Part shown: in pieces, positions 36,551-50,309 of the stretch
Layout: every line of letters starts with the position of its first letter
Position numbering within the stretch: the stretch's first letter is position 1
Source of the DNA: the human T2T-CHM13v2.0 reference genome, Homo sapiens
NCBI GenBank assembly: GCA_009914755.4
Contig: CP068257.2
Span: 39,552,001-39,616,000 of the forward strand
Direction of reading: 5' to 3'
DNA: 64,000 nucleotides
The notes under the pieces: generated by a model
Databases searched by the model: none
What the model saw: the letters and a program-made list of their open reading frames with translations, nothing else
What the model was told of the DNA's origin: nothing
Translations under genes and position numbers: made by a program

Positions 36551-36888
36551 AACCTCTTCTTGGGAGCTCTGGAGTAGAATTCTCTTTCTGGCTGGACTCT
36601 GATAAATACAGCTGGTGACCATTATTTCAGAATGAAATTTCGTTTAGTTTATGAGTCTGTCCAAATATTTCGATCATTTAAATTCAGATGTTAGTTTACC
36701 TCGGTTTGTGGAGAATGGACTGGGCTGTAGAAACTTAGAAGCCAAGCGAATGTGGACTCCGCTGTCTTCATTGCTGTCTTGTTACTATGGATGTCGGATT
36801 AGGTGCACCCGTGAGGTCTTGGATTGTAACCCCATGTTCTGCAGGTCTCAGGACCTCTTCCCTGCACTGTGCTAGCCCGGCCCCCTGT

Positions 36889-37290
36889 GATGGACTGAAT
36901 TGTGTCCCTCAAATTTATACGTTGAAGTCCAAACCTCCAGTACTTCAAAATATGACTATCTTTGGAGATGGGGCCTTAAAAGAGGTCATGAAGTTAAAAT
37001 GTGGCCATGAGGGTGGGCCCTGATCCAGTCTGACAAGTGTCCTTATATAGGACATGCAGAGAGACACCAGGGATGTGCGCAGAGGGACCGCCATGTGAAG
37101 AAGCAGCAAGAGGAGCAAGAGGACGGCCATCTGCAAGCCAAGGGGGAAGCCACCTGCCCACACCTTGATCTGAGACTTCCGGCCTCCACAACCGTGAGAA
37201 GATACGTGTCCGTTGTTTAAGCTGCCCAGTCTGCGGTGCTTTGTTCTGGCAGCCTGCACTGACTCACAAACCCACTTCTGACCTAGGCCC
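36889..37290 (+). repeat. Ancient mammalian interspersed repeat (family unresolved; consensus blocks ...ttggagatggggcc...gtcatgaag..gtgggccctgatcc...gccatctgcaagccaag...ccttgatct.gacttcc.gcctccac.ac.gtgagaa...tgtttaagc..cccagtct...)
   Basis: Matches a very common roughly 400-bp primate/mammalian repeat consensus recalled from memory; single copy here. Confidence 0.5.
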
Positions 37291-40134
37291 TGACTGGGTT
37301 CAAGCATACACAGCCTGGCCAGCTCAGCCACTGTCCGCATTCACAGCCTCCTGCAGCTTCCACTGCTCAGGCATCCTGATCCTAGCCTTCTTAGTTGGCC
37401 ATTGCTCACCAGACCATTTTATATGGGCAGGAATGAGGAGACAAGGAGGCCCTCAGGGACACAGTTGCCCCTCTGCTGTCTTACCCTACCTGTCTTATCC
37501 TCTGGACCATGCAAAATGTTTATCTTACGCAGTCTTTTGTTCTTTGGTAAATGCATATAACAGACACATACTTAGTATCCATGATGTCCCAGCAGCCCCG
37601 CAGCTCTGATCGTAGTAGAGGTGGTTTAAAGAGAAATGCATTAAGTAGAGTTGAGTTTGTTTTTCACAAATCAAGACACATCCCACTTGGGGCAAAGTCG
37701 TGACATTCAGGTGAACCTGAAAGTTATAGCTTCTTTTATAGCCAGTTATCCAAGGGCTGAAGCCATCGAGCTGCCTGCCTTCTGAGCACTTGAAACAAAA
37801 AGGATTGGAATGTTTGGTACAAAACCCAGCACTTAAAACCTATGAGGCTTTCAGCTGTGACTCTTACTGTCTCGCCTCCATCTGGGAAGTTCATTGATCT
37901 TCAAAACCTGGCAGGCTCCTCAGGGGAGAGAAGGTTTAAGATGGAGCAGCCAGCTCAAATCCCTATTAGGTCCAAGAGCCAAGAGGCGCAACGCACAGCT
38001 AGTTGGGAACATATGAACACCCTCCCAAAAAGCTGCAAGACTGTTGTGCGTGTAAATCTAAGTGAGGAAATTATGTGGTGAAATGGGTTTTTTCAAAGTT
38101 TGCACTTAGGCCCTTTTCCGAAGAAAATCTGTGTTGACAGTGGAGGGAGATAATGTTTGAGTTAATTGATGAGGGTTTTAAGCAGTAATCAATATTTCCC
38201 AAACTAGCAAACCCAGCATGTTTTAGGGTCATTTTCAATGATTAAAATTAAAATTTGGTTGTTTCAAAACTTTGGTTGAATGCTAACCACTGGAGGCCTG
38301 GTGTTGGATGAACAGAGCATACTGGGATGCTAAAAAATATTAAGTGCAAATCCCATCTTTGTCTGAAATTGGTTTTTGTATAATTCCTGTTTTAGGAAAT
38401 TGTGAAATCATGTAAGACAGTTTTCACTATAAATTATTTTCAAAAGTCTTTGTGCTAAATGATCAGGCATGACCGTAGTGAGCTGTTTGTTATTTGTTAT
38501 GGTTAATGCTTAGTTGCCATGTGCGGAAACTGACGGTTAGATGTTTGATTAGGGGATTGTTGAAGGTGGTGTGAGGGCTGGATATTGACCCCAGATGAGT
38601 TTTTGAGATGCTACCATGATGAGGAAGGAGCAGGAAATCATATCACACGACCAATGCTTGGAGGATTTCGAGGGGGTATGCAGCCCACCCACCTCCACCC
38701 CAGAGGGATGCCATGGGTCCTAGGCAGGAAACATTCTACACTCAACAAGCTGCCAGCCAGGTGGAAGAGGGCATTATTGCAGAGGACAGGCTTGAGTCTG
38801 CTGGAAAGCAGTAGGGGATGGGAAGTATTCAGCCAACTGGACGTTTCCTGGGGACAGGCACCAAGTCCCTTTCACTAGCTGTTTATTTCTGGATAGGCCA
38901 TCGCTCCTGGCACTGGTCAGACCCTCAACAAATGCTATGGAATTAAACTGGAAAAGGGAGAACGTGGTGAAAAATATGCCCTAACATTGTAACAAGTCAT
39001 AAGGTAATGCACTTCCCATCACTGAAAAACCCAGCAGAAACACTGTCACCTCTGCATGCTGATAGACAGCAGTGCGGTCACTGAGAGACGGGACCAATCG
39101 GTGCTCCCCAGACCTGGCTGATCAGCAGTTACATGGGGACCTGGTTAAACATATGGATTCCAGGCACCATTCTCTGGGCTGGAGATGTATATATTTTTTA
39201 AGTGTCTGAGGTGATTCCAGTGATCAGGCAGGACAAAATGATGACCCCCCAAGATTTTCATGTTTCTTCATAAAATCTAGTGCAGTGACTGAGTCTGGTT
39301 ATTGTTTTGGTGGAGAAGTTACTGTAATCCACATGTGACTGCAAACGTTTGGCAAATCGATATTTCATGGACACGTGATACTTGTCTGGTCCTGTCCTAG
39401 GCACTGAGCATCCAGTAGGTGCAACAGTCACCAAAAATCCTGCCTTCTTGGAGCTTACTCTTTCATGAAAGGGACAGGCAGGACAACATGTTGTAGGCAT
39501 GGTGATAGAGACTATGAAAGGATGGTGACAGATGCTATGAAGAACATTACCACACGGGCAAAGGAATATCAGCGGTAGGGAAGTGTCACAAGTTCATAAT
39601 TATCATGGCCAGGGAAGGCATCTTCAATGAGGGAGCTCTGGAGCAGAGACCTGAAAAAGGAGGGGTGGGAGAGCAAGGTGCTTGGGGAAGGGTGTCCAGG
39701 CAGAAGGAAGAGCCAGTACGACGGCCTTGAGGAGGAGCTGTGCTTGTGTGCTGGAGGAACCCAAGGCGGCCTGTGGTGGAGCCTGGTAGGTGAGCTGTGG
39801 GGAGGAAGGCTTGAGGAAGGTGGGGGAGTGCTATTGTTGAGAGTTGCCTGGCTGCGAGGGTGAATGAGGAGTGTGGTTTTGGAAACGCCAAATGGAGATG
39901 CCATTCCTAATACCCATGGGGAGAGCACCTGCAGCAGCTGATCATGCCTCTGGGCCCAGAGACACCTGAATTTTGAGAGTGTGCTACACAGAGGTAGCAT
40001 TCATGTGCTCCCATGGACTGAGCCTGGGGAGAGGAGGTGAGGTCCCAGCACAGGCGCTGGGACACCCCAAAACTTAGAGGTGGGGAAGGTGAGGAAGGGT
40101 CAGTAAAGGGCCCCAAGGAGGAGGAGCCTGGTGA

Positions 40135-40722
<588 letters not shown>

Positions 40723-42269
40723 TAATAAGCGGGAGTGATCCTGGGAGAGGGGGAAAAACTGATGATGCAGAAGAAAGGGAATTAGGGGCATGCTGTCCTG
40801 AGTGGGCACTGAGTGGGGTGGTCCAGTGCCCACGGAGAGGGGCTGGAGCTAGGACCATGGGTGGTACCTGTCTCCACTGCTGCTCCAGCAAACATATTTA
40901 ACACTCACGTTCAAGGGCTGTCACACGTATGTTGAAGACTTTGCCAAGGTTAATATGTTGCAATTTTTTTCTCCAAGTCTTCTTCATTTTTCCTGTCTCT
41001 AGAATGTTCTGAAAGATTTCTTTATGACTTTTCTATACCATAATTAAAGCAAACGTCTGTATTTTGCTGGCCATAGAAGCCAAAGAGGGATGCATCTGTC
41101 ATTTCTCTTCTGGGTTAGCATTCTTTCAAAATATCTGGACACCATAAAAATGTAGAGGTCAGTCAATAGAGATTTAATGCTTTCTTGTGAGAAATTCCCT
41201 TGGAAGGGCTTTAAGAAAGTCTTTTTAGAAGAGAATAATATCTTTGATCACTATATGCCTATTAAAATACTTTTTTTTTCTTGTGGGTTTACCATGGAAA
41301 AAAACATCAAAGCCTTATATGAGCCACATAGAAATAGCCTGTTTCTTAAATGGCTGGCCTGAAATTAGCGAAGGGTAGCAAATTGAACACAATGGTTTTT
41401 CTGTGTTGCGCATTCAGTTTGGGCTGATCAGATCCCATGCAAAAAGATTACTGTAAAACGAAGATGAAATTTTAGATTTTAAGAAGATTTCATTGTAAAG
41501 CTAGGTCACAGCATTCCACATTCAGGTGAGTACTAGGATTTGTAGATTATCAGTCATTATCATTAACATACTCACATACAATTGTCATTGTTGCTAAGAA
41601 GTGTTTGCACCTTTTCAACACTTAGAAATTAAGTCACATTTTCTGCTTTCAAAGCCCTTAACCTTAATCAATATTTTATAATGTGTTTTCATAGATGAGA
41701 TACATTTGAGTTACCCCAGTTATAAGATGGTTACTCCTTGCAATTATTCTAGATATGAAGATTCATTTGGCTAAAATGTGGTAAAATTGCAAGGCCATTC
41801 AGCAGGTCAGTTTTAAATACAATATGATTATTATTCCGTCATCTTTGTGCGTGATTGAAAATAACAGATTGTGTGGTTGGCAATTCGCTTCCCCATTAGA
41901 AAATTTACCTTCCTACTTCTGTTGTGTCTTACATAGTATAATTATTCTGTTGCCTTGAAAAATATTATAATAAACAGAAGGGCTAATTTTTTTAAGCGTG
42001 TTGGGTGGCCGAGGAGAAATGAAATTTTGAGTGGAAAACCTCACATGAATTGTCTGTAGTTGCTTGTACTTCATCCCTCACCAGTGCAAAAGCCAATTCC
42101 ACAGGAATTGAAAACTGTTATGAAAGAGAAGCCTGGTCTTCCGTCTTAACATCGGGTCATGAATTCAATGGGGAACACTGTATCTTCTTCATCTCTATGA
42201 CTCAGGCACATAGTAGCTGCTCACTTAATATTTATTAGAAATAAATATTTACTGAAAAAATGAATCTCC

Positions 42270-43155
42270 CCCAAAGAACTGAAAGCAGGGTCTTGAAGAG
42301 ATAGTCACACACCTGTGTTCACAGCAGCATCATTCACAATAGCAAAAGGTGGAAACAACACAAGTGTCTGTGGACAGTTGAATGGATAAACAAAATTCTG
42401 GTCTATACTTATGTTTTAGTTTGGGCTGCCCTAACAAAGTACCCTAGACTGAGTGGCTTATAAATAATGTCAATGTATTTCTCTTAGTTCTGGAGACTGG
42501 AAACCCAAGGTCCAGGTGCCAGCATGGTCAGGGTCCAACGAGGGCCACCTTCTGGGCTGCAGACTGCCTGCTCTTCATTGCATCTTCAGATGGCAGAAAG
42601 AGGGTGAGAGCTCCTCCGTCCTTTTTATAAGGGCACTAATCCCATCCATGAGGCTCCATCCTCATGACCTAATCACCTCCCAAAGGCCCTGCCTCCTAAT
42701 AGCACCACCTTGGGGATTAGGATTGCAACAAAAGGCAGGGGATACAAACAATCAGGTCATAACAGCATATAATGGAATATTATTCAGCCTTAAAAAGGAA
42801 GACGGTTCTGGCACATGCTATAACATGGATGAACCTTGAAGACCTTATGCTATGTGATAGAAGACTGTTACAAAAGGACAAGCACTGGATGATTCCATTT
42901 ATGTGAGGTTCCTGGAGAAGGCAAATTCATAGAGACAGAAACATTAAGGGTGGTGTCCGCAGGAATGGAGAGTGAGGAGTTGTTTAATGGGTAACGGGTT
43001 TCAGTTTTGTAAAATGAAGTGAGTTCCTCAGGTGGGTGATGATGATGGTTACACAACAATGTGAATGTACTTAACGCCATTGAACTTCACCTTTAGAAAG
43101 AACTAAGATGGTAAATTTTAAGTTATGTGTATTTACCACATTTTAGAAAAAATGA
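42270..43155 (+). mobile_element. Old L1 (L1M-type) 3' end, interrupted by a nested MER/LTR-type repeat at 42421-42735
   Basis: ...cacagcagcatcattcacaatagcaaaaggtggaaacaacacaagtgtctgtggacagttgaatggataaacaaaat...[insert]...cagcatataatggaatattattcagccttaaaaaggaagac...catgctataacatggatgaaccttgaagaccttatgcta...ggttacacaacaatgtgaatgtacttaacgccattgaacttcac...ggtaaattttaagttatgtgtatttaccaca matches the L1M 3'-terminal consensus. Confidence 0.85.
42421..42735 (+). repeat. MER/LTR-type interspersed repeat copy, nested in L1M; same family as 9150, 48421 and 59715
   Basis: ttgggctgccctaacaaagtaccctagactgagtggcttataaataatg...ttctggagactggaaacccaaggtccaggtgccagca...tttttataagggcactaatcccatccatgaggctccatcctcatgacctaatcacctcccaaaggccctgcctcctaat... 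Confidence 0.55.
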
Positions 43156-44671
43156 ATGTTAATATCTAGAATAATTGCAAGGAGTAATCATCTTATAAAT
43201 TGCAGTAACTTAAAAGTCTTGCCTGATGCTGCAGCAGGCGTATATGCCTTATCTCTTTCTTTTTTTATGTTTATTTAAAATTGTGACAAAATTTGAATGT
43301 TGGTAACTAGGGTAAAGTTAACGATGTTCTTTTTCTGTAAGTTCAGGTTTGGAGTGGGTCTTCAATTGCTGTCATCAACTCTTGAGCAAAAGAGAACATT
43401 TAGTGAAACTCCAGAAACATCTTGAGAACTAAGACATTACACCTTTGATAAGAATTTATTCACACTTCTTTAGAAAATGTGCAGGAAGAACTAATTTGTA
43501 GGTAAAATGACATGTCCTAAAATTTTGGGAAATGCATAATGGGTTCTTAGGGGTTCTTTCGGAGTGGCTTTAGTTGTCGCTTGGGAAAGGAAGAAGCTAA
43601 TTAGCCCTGTTAATAGAAATGTTATTCTACTTATCCCCCTCCCCAACTATCATCAAAGTATGAAGGTCAGAGCTCTTTTGTCCTTTTTAATAGTTTGTTT
43701 TCTTAAAAGTGGTTGAGTGTGAATTTTCTCTTGCATGGGAAAAGGATCATTGTTTTCACTGGCATCAGTGAATGCGCTCACACATGACTGTTTAAATATG
43801 TCTTCATTCGTTAGTCAGTAGGATCGCATCCTGCTGGAAGACAGATTGTGTAACCTCAGAGGCTTCCAGGGAAACTCCAGTCCCAGGGAGAGAGTGGGAC
43901 AGTGGCATGCTCTATAGAGAAAGCACTCCTTGTTCTCTCTCTCTGCCTCCCCAACCCCGCCCCACTGATCTCCCTCCTGGTGCAGGAGGGACTGTTGGAG
44001 CAGAAGAAAACATCCAGCTCACCTGTCACTGAATAGCCCCTGTTGCAAAGGAACACAGGCTCTCTGGCCTCCAGCCCACATCTGCGGAAGCTTGGTTGGA
44101 GTGAGGCTGCTTACGGCTGCTCCCCTTTCAGTCCATGTTTGGTTTCTGCATCCAAGAGGCAGAGTGAGAATCAGACCCTGGTCGGGGGTGATCCCTGAAG
44201 GCAACGCAGTCATATGCAGTCTCTTGGCAAGCAGCCAGTGCTCTCAGCTGGGACACCCTGTCTTCAGGCATGCTGCTCTGTGGCCCCGCTTACAATGGTG
44301 ACGTTGCCTGATTCTGGCCCTGGTTCTGCCTATCACTGGCCAGACAGCCCTAAACCAAGCTCATACCGCTAGGGCCTTAGGAAGGGAGAGGAATGCAGGC
44401 AAAAGTCGTCTCCCATACACAGCCACCTAAGGAGGAACAGAGCCTTAGGATGTTAAGTGGAACAAACCAAGTCACGACCCACATGTAAGAATGTGACCAA
44501 GAGCGAGAAAACCCACAGACACACCTTTCTAAGGGTGGTGGCCTACAGGATTAGTTTCTCTTTCTCTTCCAAGTGACTGCTCTCCCCACACCTTGGCCTC
44601 CACCAGAGGGGAATGTGGGCAGTGCACGCAGGACCGCACGGTGTCTTCTGCAGGGGTGAAAACAGTATTTG

Positions 44672-44985
44672 AAGCCCCTGTGACTGCAGGTGCCTGCACC
44701 TTCTGGGGGTGGGAGAGGGCATGAAATCCTATCAGCAGGAAAGTCCATCCTTGCTGCTCTGCTCCACTCGCCCAAGCCGGGCTGGGAAGAGAGGAGAGAG
44801 GACTTCAGAGGTACCCAGGCTATTCCCAGGGGGAGGCCTGTGTGGTCCCCGTTTGTTCGGAGATGATAAGGAGTCCATTCGAGGGAGGAGCTGCCTTCTG
44901 AACATGGGAGTGGCTGACACTACCTCTGAGGGTTTCAGTGCCTCTCCCGTGTCCAGAATTCTTCTGATTCTGATGCAGGGGGCAG
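44672..44985. repeat. Low-copy duplicated segment, copy 1 (about 94% identical to 45529-45800)
   Basis: aagcccctgtgactgcaggtgcctgcaccttctgggggtgggagagggcatgaaatcctatcagcaggaaagtccatccttgctgct... recurs at 45529. Both copies are associated with the motif attctgattctgat. Confidence 0.85.
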
Positions 44986-45528
44986 GATGGCAGGGGTACA
45001 GGGTAAGGGTATGAGGGCTCAGGGGCTGCTGAGGATGGGGGTGTTTGTTTTGTTTTAGTTCCTGCCACCCCACCCTGCCCTCTGCTCCCCATCTCTGCCT
45101 GGGTCACCCATCACTGAAAGATGTCAGTTGCACACCAAGGTGGCTACCAGAGGGAGAAAAACAGCCCCTAGGGGTAGGGAAGGTGGGAGTTCCGTGGAGG
45201 CAGCACCTGGATCAGGAGAGCTGGGCAGCCAGGGGCAGAACAACCACCTGCCAGGGTGGGATTAAAAAGCAGGCATCCTCACCATAGCCTAGGATACCTT
45301 TGGATTGGAGCATTCCCAGCTGGAACGTTGCCCTCTTGCAGCCACGTACAGGTGGTGCTGACACTCAGGCCGCTCCCAAACGTTCTGTCGTGCGGTTATG
45401 TCCACCCTGGGTTGCAGCCCATGTGCACCCTGGGAGGACTGCTGAACACACCGCCAGGCCATGGAGATTGTGCACACCACTGCCGGTCTGTGTCCAGACT
45501 AGCAGCAATAAGGATTCTGATTCTGATT

Positions 45529-45800
45529 AAAGCCCCTGTGACTGCAGGTGCCTGCGCCTTCTGGGGGTGGGAGAGGGCGTGAAATCCTATCAGCAGGAAA
45601 GTCCATCCTTGCTGCTTCCCTCCACTCGCCCGAGCCGGGCTGGGAAGAGAGGGAACAGAGGTGCCCAGGCTGTTCCCAGGGGGAGGCCTGTGTGGTCCCC
45701 GTTTGTTCGGAGATGATAAGGAGTCCATCTGAGGGAGGAGCTGCCTTCTGGACATGGGAGTGTGGCTGACACTACCTCTGCGGGTTTCAGTGCAGAGATA
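45529..45800. repeat. Low-copy duplicated segment, copy 2
   Basis: Near-identical to 44672-44985 over about 270 bp, with small indels. Confidence 0.85.
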
Positions 45801-48420
45801 AGGAATGCCAGTCTGGTGGATAATTTGATGCGTGCCTTTTTCTGCAGAGTGATGTATTTGAGAAACAGCCCTGTAACGAGAAAAAGCCGCACTACCCCTC
45901 TTTAAGTTCAAACACCACTGTGCCAGGTGCTTTTATAGAGGCAGGACAAGGCACGATGCTCAGAGCAACACTCTTTATTAACCCAGGGTACAGACAAGGG
46001 GGCTGAGGCTCAGAGAGGGTGGCAACCCTCAGATTCTGCAGCGAACAAGAGGTTGAGCTGGGGTTAGAATCTCGGTCCAGCACACCCTGAAGTCACTATC
46101 CTTTCCTGCATGGAGAAGACACAGGTGTATCCTGGGACCATGGCTAGGAAATGAATGTGAAACTCGCATCCTGTGAATGTTATGAAAGGACATAGTTCCC
46201 AATATGTTTAAGGGCGTTGGCTATGGGTTTGGGATGAAACCTCTCCCCGTTGTAGAAATGTGTCCTTTCTACTCTTCATAAGGGATGTGTGTTATTTGGA
46301 AAGTTTCAAAACTCAGTCAGGGAGGTCCCCCTCCCCCCTAACCAACCTATCACCCCAGGAACGAGGTTTCAGCTGCAGAGGTAGTGACAGCTCCCAGGTC
46401 CAGAAGAATTAGGATTTGGGGACTTGGATTTGAGTGATCTCTTAGGTTCTTAAAACGGGCCTCCTACACCCTAAATACTGCTCCCTCAACTTCAACCTCC
46501 ACAGTTGGTATCAACCTGCTGTCAACTAAAAGTAAGCTCCTAAGCCCCCCACCAACTGAACAGACCCTTCTTTTTGCCAAGGAGACCCCCCAGAAAAACC
46601 TTAAAAACTTAGTTCTCAGCCATGATGGGACAGGAGATCAGACACACCTTGTTACACTTTCTCCCTTTTATGGTTTAGGCACAACGGCTGACCAGTACTA
46701 ATGTTAAAATAGAGAATAGAACAGACTGTTTGTGGCAACAAGATACCAACTTATAAGCAGCAACCTCAGGTCACGCCAGGCAAGGGTCGAGCCGCGTACT
46801 CTACACTTAGAGAACGGATTCTGTTCTCACGGCACAGCGTCTTCTTTTTCTCCAGCAGCTAAAACACTCACCGGCCCGGAGATCAGCCAGATTCAAATGA
46901 CTGCAGCTCATCCGCCCACAGACGCAGACTGACCCCGTTCCACAGCCATGACTGCAGCTCGGATTGGGCAGGAGACTGACTTCAGGAACCTCCTCCAGAT
47001 AAGAGACCCCTGACAGTGGACTGGCTCTGGTTGCTTTACAGAGGCTGCTCACTTGAGTGCCTTCAAGTCCTGAAAAGACCTTTTTGACATTTAGGGCCTA
47101 ACTGTGATACACTTAAATGTTAAGACTCCAGCCCAGAGTGAACACAGGAGGCATGTCACATGGATGTTCAATATGCGTGCATCAGGACCACCTTCATGAA
47201 TATTCATAGTTCCTCCTGTAAACTGCTGAATATGTATGTTTAGCCAACCCATTCAGCGTAAAGCTCCTTCCCCAACCCCTCCTCCTTCAAAGTGCCTGTC
47301 TCTGTTCTTGCACAAAGGCACACTTCCCAGACTGCAGGATGGCCGCCTTGCACCTTTATAAGAAGGTATTCTTTTCACCTTCCCAAATGTATAAATATTG
47401 TGTTGATTTTTTTTTTAAGTGAACACTGCTAAATGCTAAGCATTTGGTGGAAAACCACCACATTCCAGAATCAGGCAGCCAAGCCCATCCCCATTCCCCC
47501 CTCCCCATCCCTCTCCCCCCTTCACTGCCACCGTCCACTTGGCAGCTGTGGTTTTCCCAAGAGGAGCCCAGGTATCCATGTGTCTCTCAACATGTGTCTT
47601 TCTAGTAGGAGCCTGTACAGCAATAGTGAAATGGCTCACACTCTCACACATGCACACACAGCCAGAATAAATTGTATAATCAAGCTCCTCTTAGCTAAGT
47701 TCTGTAACATCTGTTTGTGTTAAGTGGTGCTCTTTGAAAATGATTCCCCCCTCCCTTTATAAAAACAACCTTAATTTTAGATTGTGGAGAAATGGCGCAT
47801 GACAATTATTTTTGCTTTCTTCAACAAGATGTGTTTAAGTAAATGAGATTCATTTCTAGAACTGAAGCGCTGAAAGAGCCTGATTAACAGAATCAGTGCC
47901 TACAATCATATGTAATAACTGTGGGCAAACAGCCCCGCGTGGCTGGGCTGCAGAGGCCACTGCTGCTGTGGGTTCGGCTTGCCGGCAGACTTCAGCAGAT
48001 GGGCTGCTAATATAATTAGGAATCGTTGTGTTAAATGAGCCATTATTTAAATTATCTGCTAATTTTCCTATCTATTAACCTGCTGAAATAGAGAGAGTAA
48101 TATCTGAGAAATCTCAGGCTGCTAATCACTAACTAGATGAATCGCCCAGTTTTTCCCTTTAATGCAACATTTTACCTTATTGCAGCAATTAGCAAATGGC
48201 TTTCTGTAGGGTTATTGCCCAGTGCATCAACCAGAGATTAAGAAGGGACAGTGGGAGACGTCCACAGTCTGTTTAGGTTTCATCCAGGTGGCAGATTGGT
48301 GGCTAGACCATGGCTTCTAGCCGAGGAGGCTCTTAGCTTTCTCGACCACTGTTTTCTTGTTTATTTCATAGTCTCTGCATTAAAGGATATTTGGCCTTCA
48401 GAAAGCTTCTCTTAGTCCAT

Positions 48421-48745
48421 TTGGGCTGCTATAACAAAATACCTTAGACTGGGTGGCTTATTGATGGCAGACATGTATTTCTTACAGTTTTGGGAGCTGG
48501 AAGTCCAAGACCCAGGCACTGGCAGATTGAGGTCTAGTGAGGGCTTCGTGCTTCATAGAGTCAGTGCCTTCTCTCTGTCTCCTTACATGGCAAAAGGGAT
48601 GAGCGAGCGCTCTCACGTACTTTTGTAAGGGCACTAATCCTATCTCTTAGGGCCCCACACTCATGATCTAATTGCCTCCCAAAGGCCTTGCCTCCTAATA
48701 TCAGTACGTTGGGAATAAGGGTTCATCATACAAAGTTAGGGGTCA
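48421..48745 (+). repeat. MER/LTR-type interspersed repeat copy (same family as 9150, 42421 and 59715)
   Basis: ttgggctgctataacaaaataccttagactgggtggcttattgatg...ttttgggagctggaagtccaagacccaggcactggcag...ttttgtaagggcactaatcctatctcttagggccccacactcatgatctaattgcctcccaaaggccttgcctcctaat... Confidence 0.55.
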
Positions 48746-49824
48746 GGGCACAGACATTCAGAGCACAGCAGAGCATAAGGTGAGGACTGTGTGAGTATAA
48801 CTTCTCTCACTCTCCCTACCCTGAGACACTGGTAGGGGGCAGGAAAGTGAGGTAGGCGGGAGGAGGAGGTCAATACAGGGTGCACTCAGAGTGGGCTATT
48901 GCAGTGCACATCTGGGGCTCAACCCCACCAAGGACTTCTGGGGGATGACACAGAGACCACTCCAAACTGTTTGCCTGGGGAGTAAGGGAGCAACGGTTTG
49001 GACCCACCAGCTGTTTATTTTTGGTCAAGGGCTGCTCCCAGGAGCATTCACTCCCTGGTACGTCAGACCTGACTTGGACACTAGATAATCTCACTCCTGA
49101 GGTTACAGAAGCTGAAGTGAGTGCCCAAGGAATATGGGTAGGCCACCAGCAATCTCTGCTGTCTTCTCGCTTCTAGCTTTGCTTATACTTGGACATTTAA
49201 GAGACAAGTTTGTGGTTATTTATATAGCAGCTGGGAAGTTGACTAAGTTTAGCCTACCCTTGCCATGTCTAGAAAATCTAAATTAATTCTTTGCACACAT
49301 GATTTAGGAGTTTGGCCTGTTGAACTTTCTCCGGCTACTTCCAACTTCTTGGCAGGTTTGTTGACCTAATTGGCATTCTCTCTGCTCCCAGGTGGGGGCT
49401 CATGGACATGCTTCCCCATCTGAAGGAACAAGTGATTAGTGAATTCCTATTAGTTGCAGGCACTGTGGGGACCATCAAAAAGAGACTAAGAAGAAGAGCT
49501 TTGTCCTTAAGGAATTTACAAGCTCATTGAGAGGAAAGAAAGGAAACCGGGAAACATTAGAGGACAATAAAAGACACGAGACAACCCTAGACACCAAAAA
49601 TCAGGGCATGAGCTGTCAGAGAGGAGTAAATCAGAGCTGCAGCTGGGAGGCCTTCTGGGGAACGCAGGACTTAGCATGGGTCTCAAAGGCAACAGCCTTT
49701 GTACGGTTTATCGTTTACTCTCAGCCAGCAGGCAGAAGGGGTGAGAGGTGGTTTCTACTTGCATCAAAACAAAATAAGGAATATCAAACCCCACAAATCA
49801 TGCTGTTGAAAAAAATGAGTAAGC

Positions 49825-50309
<485 letters not shown>

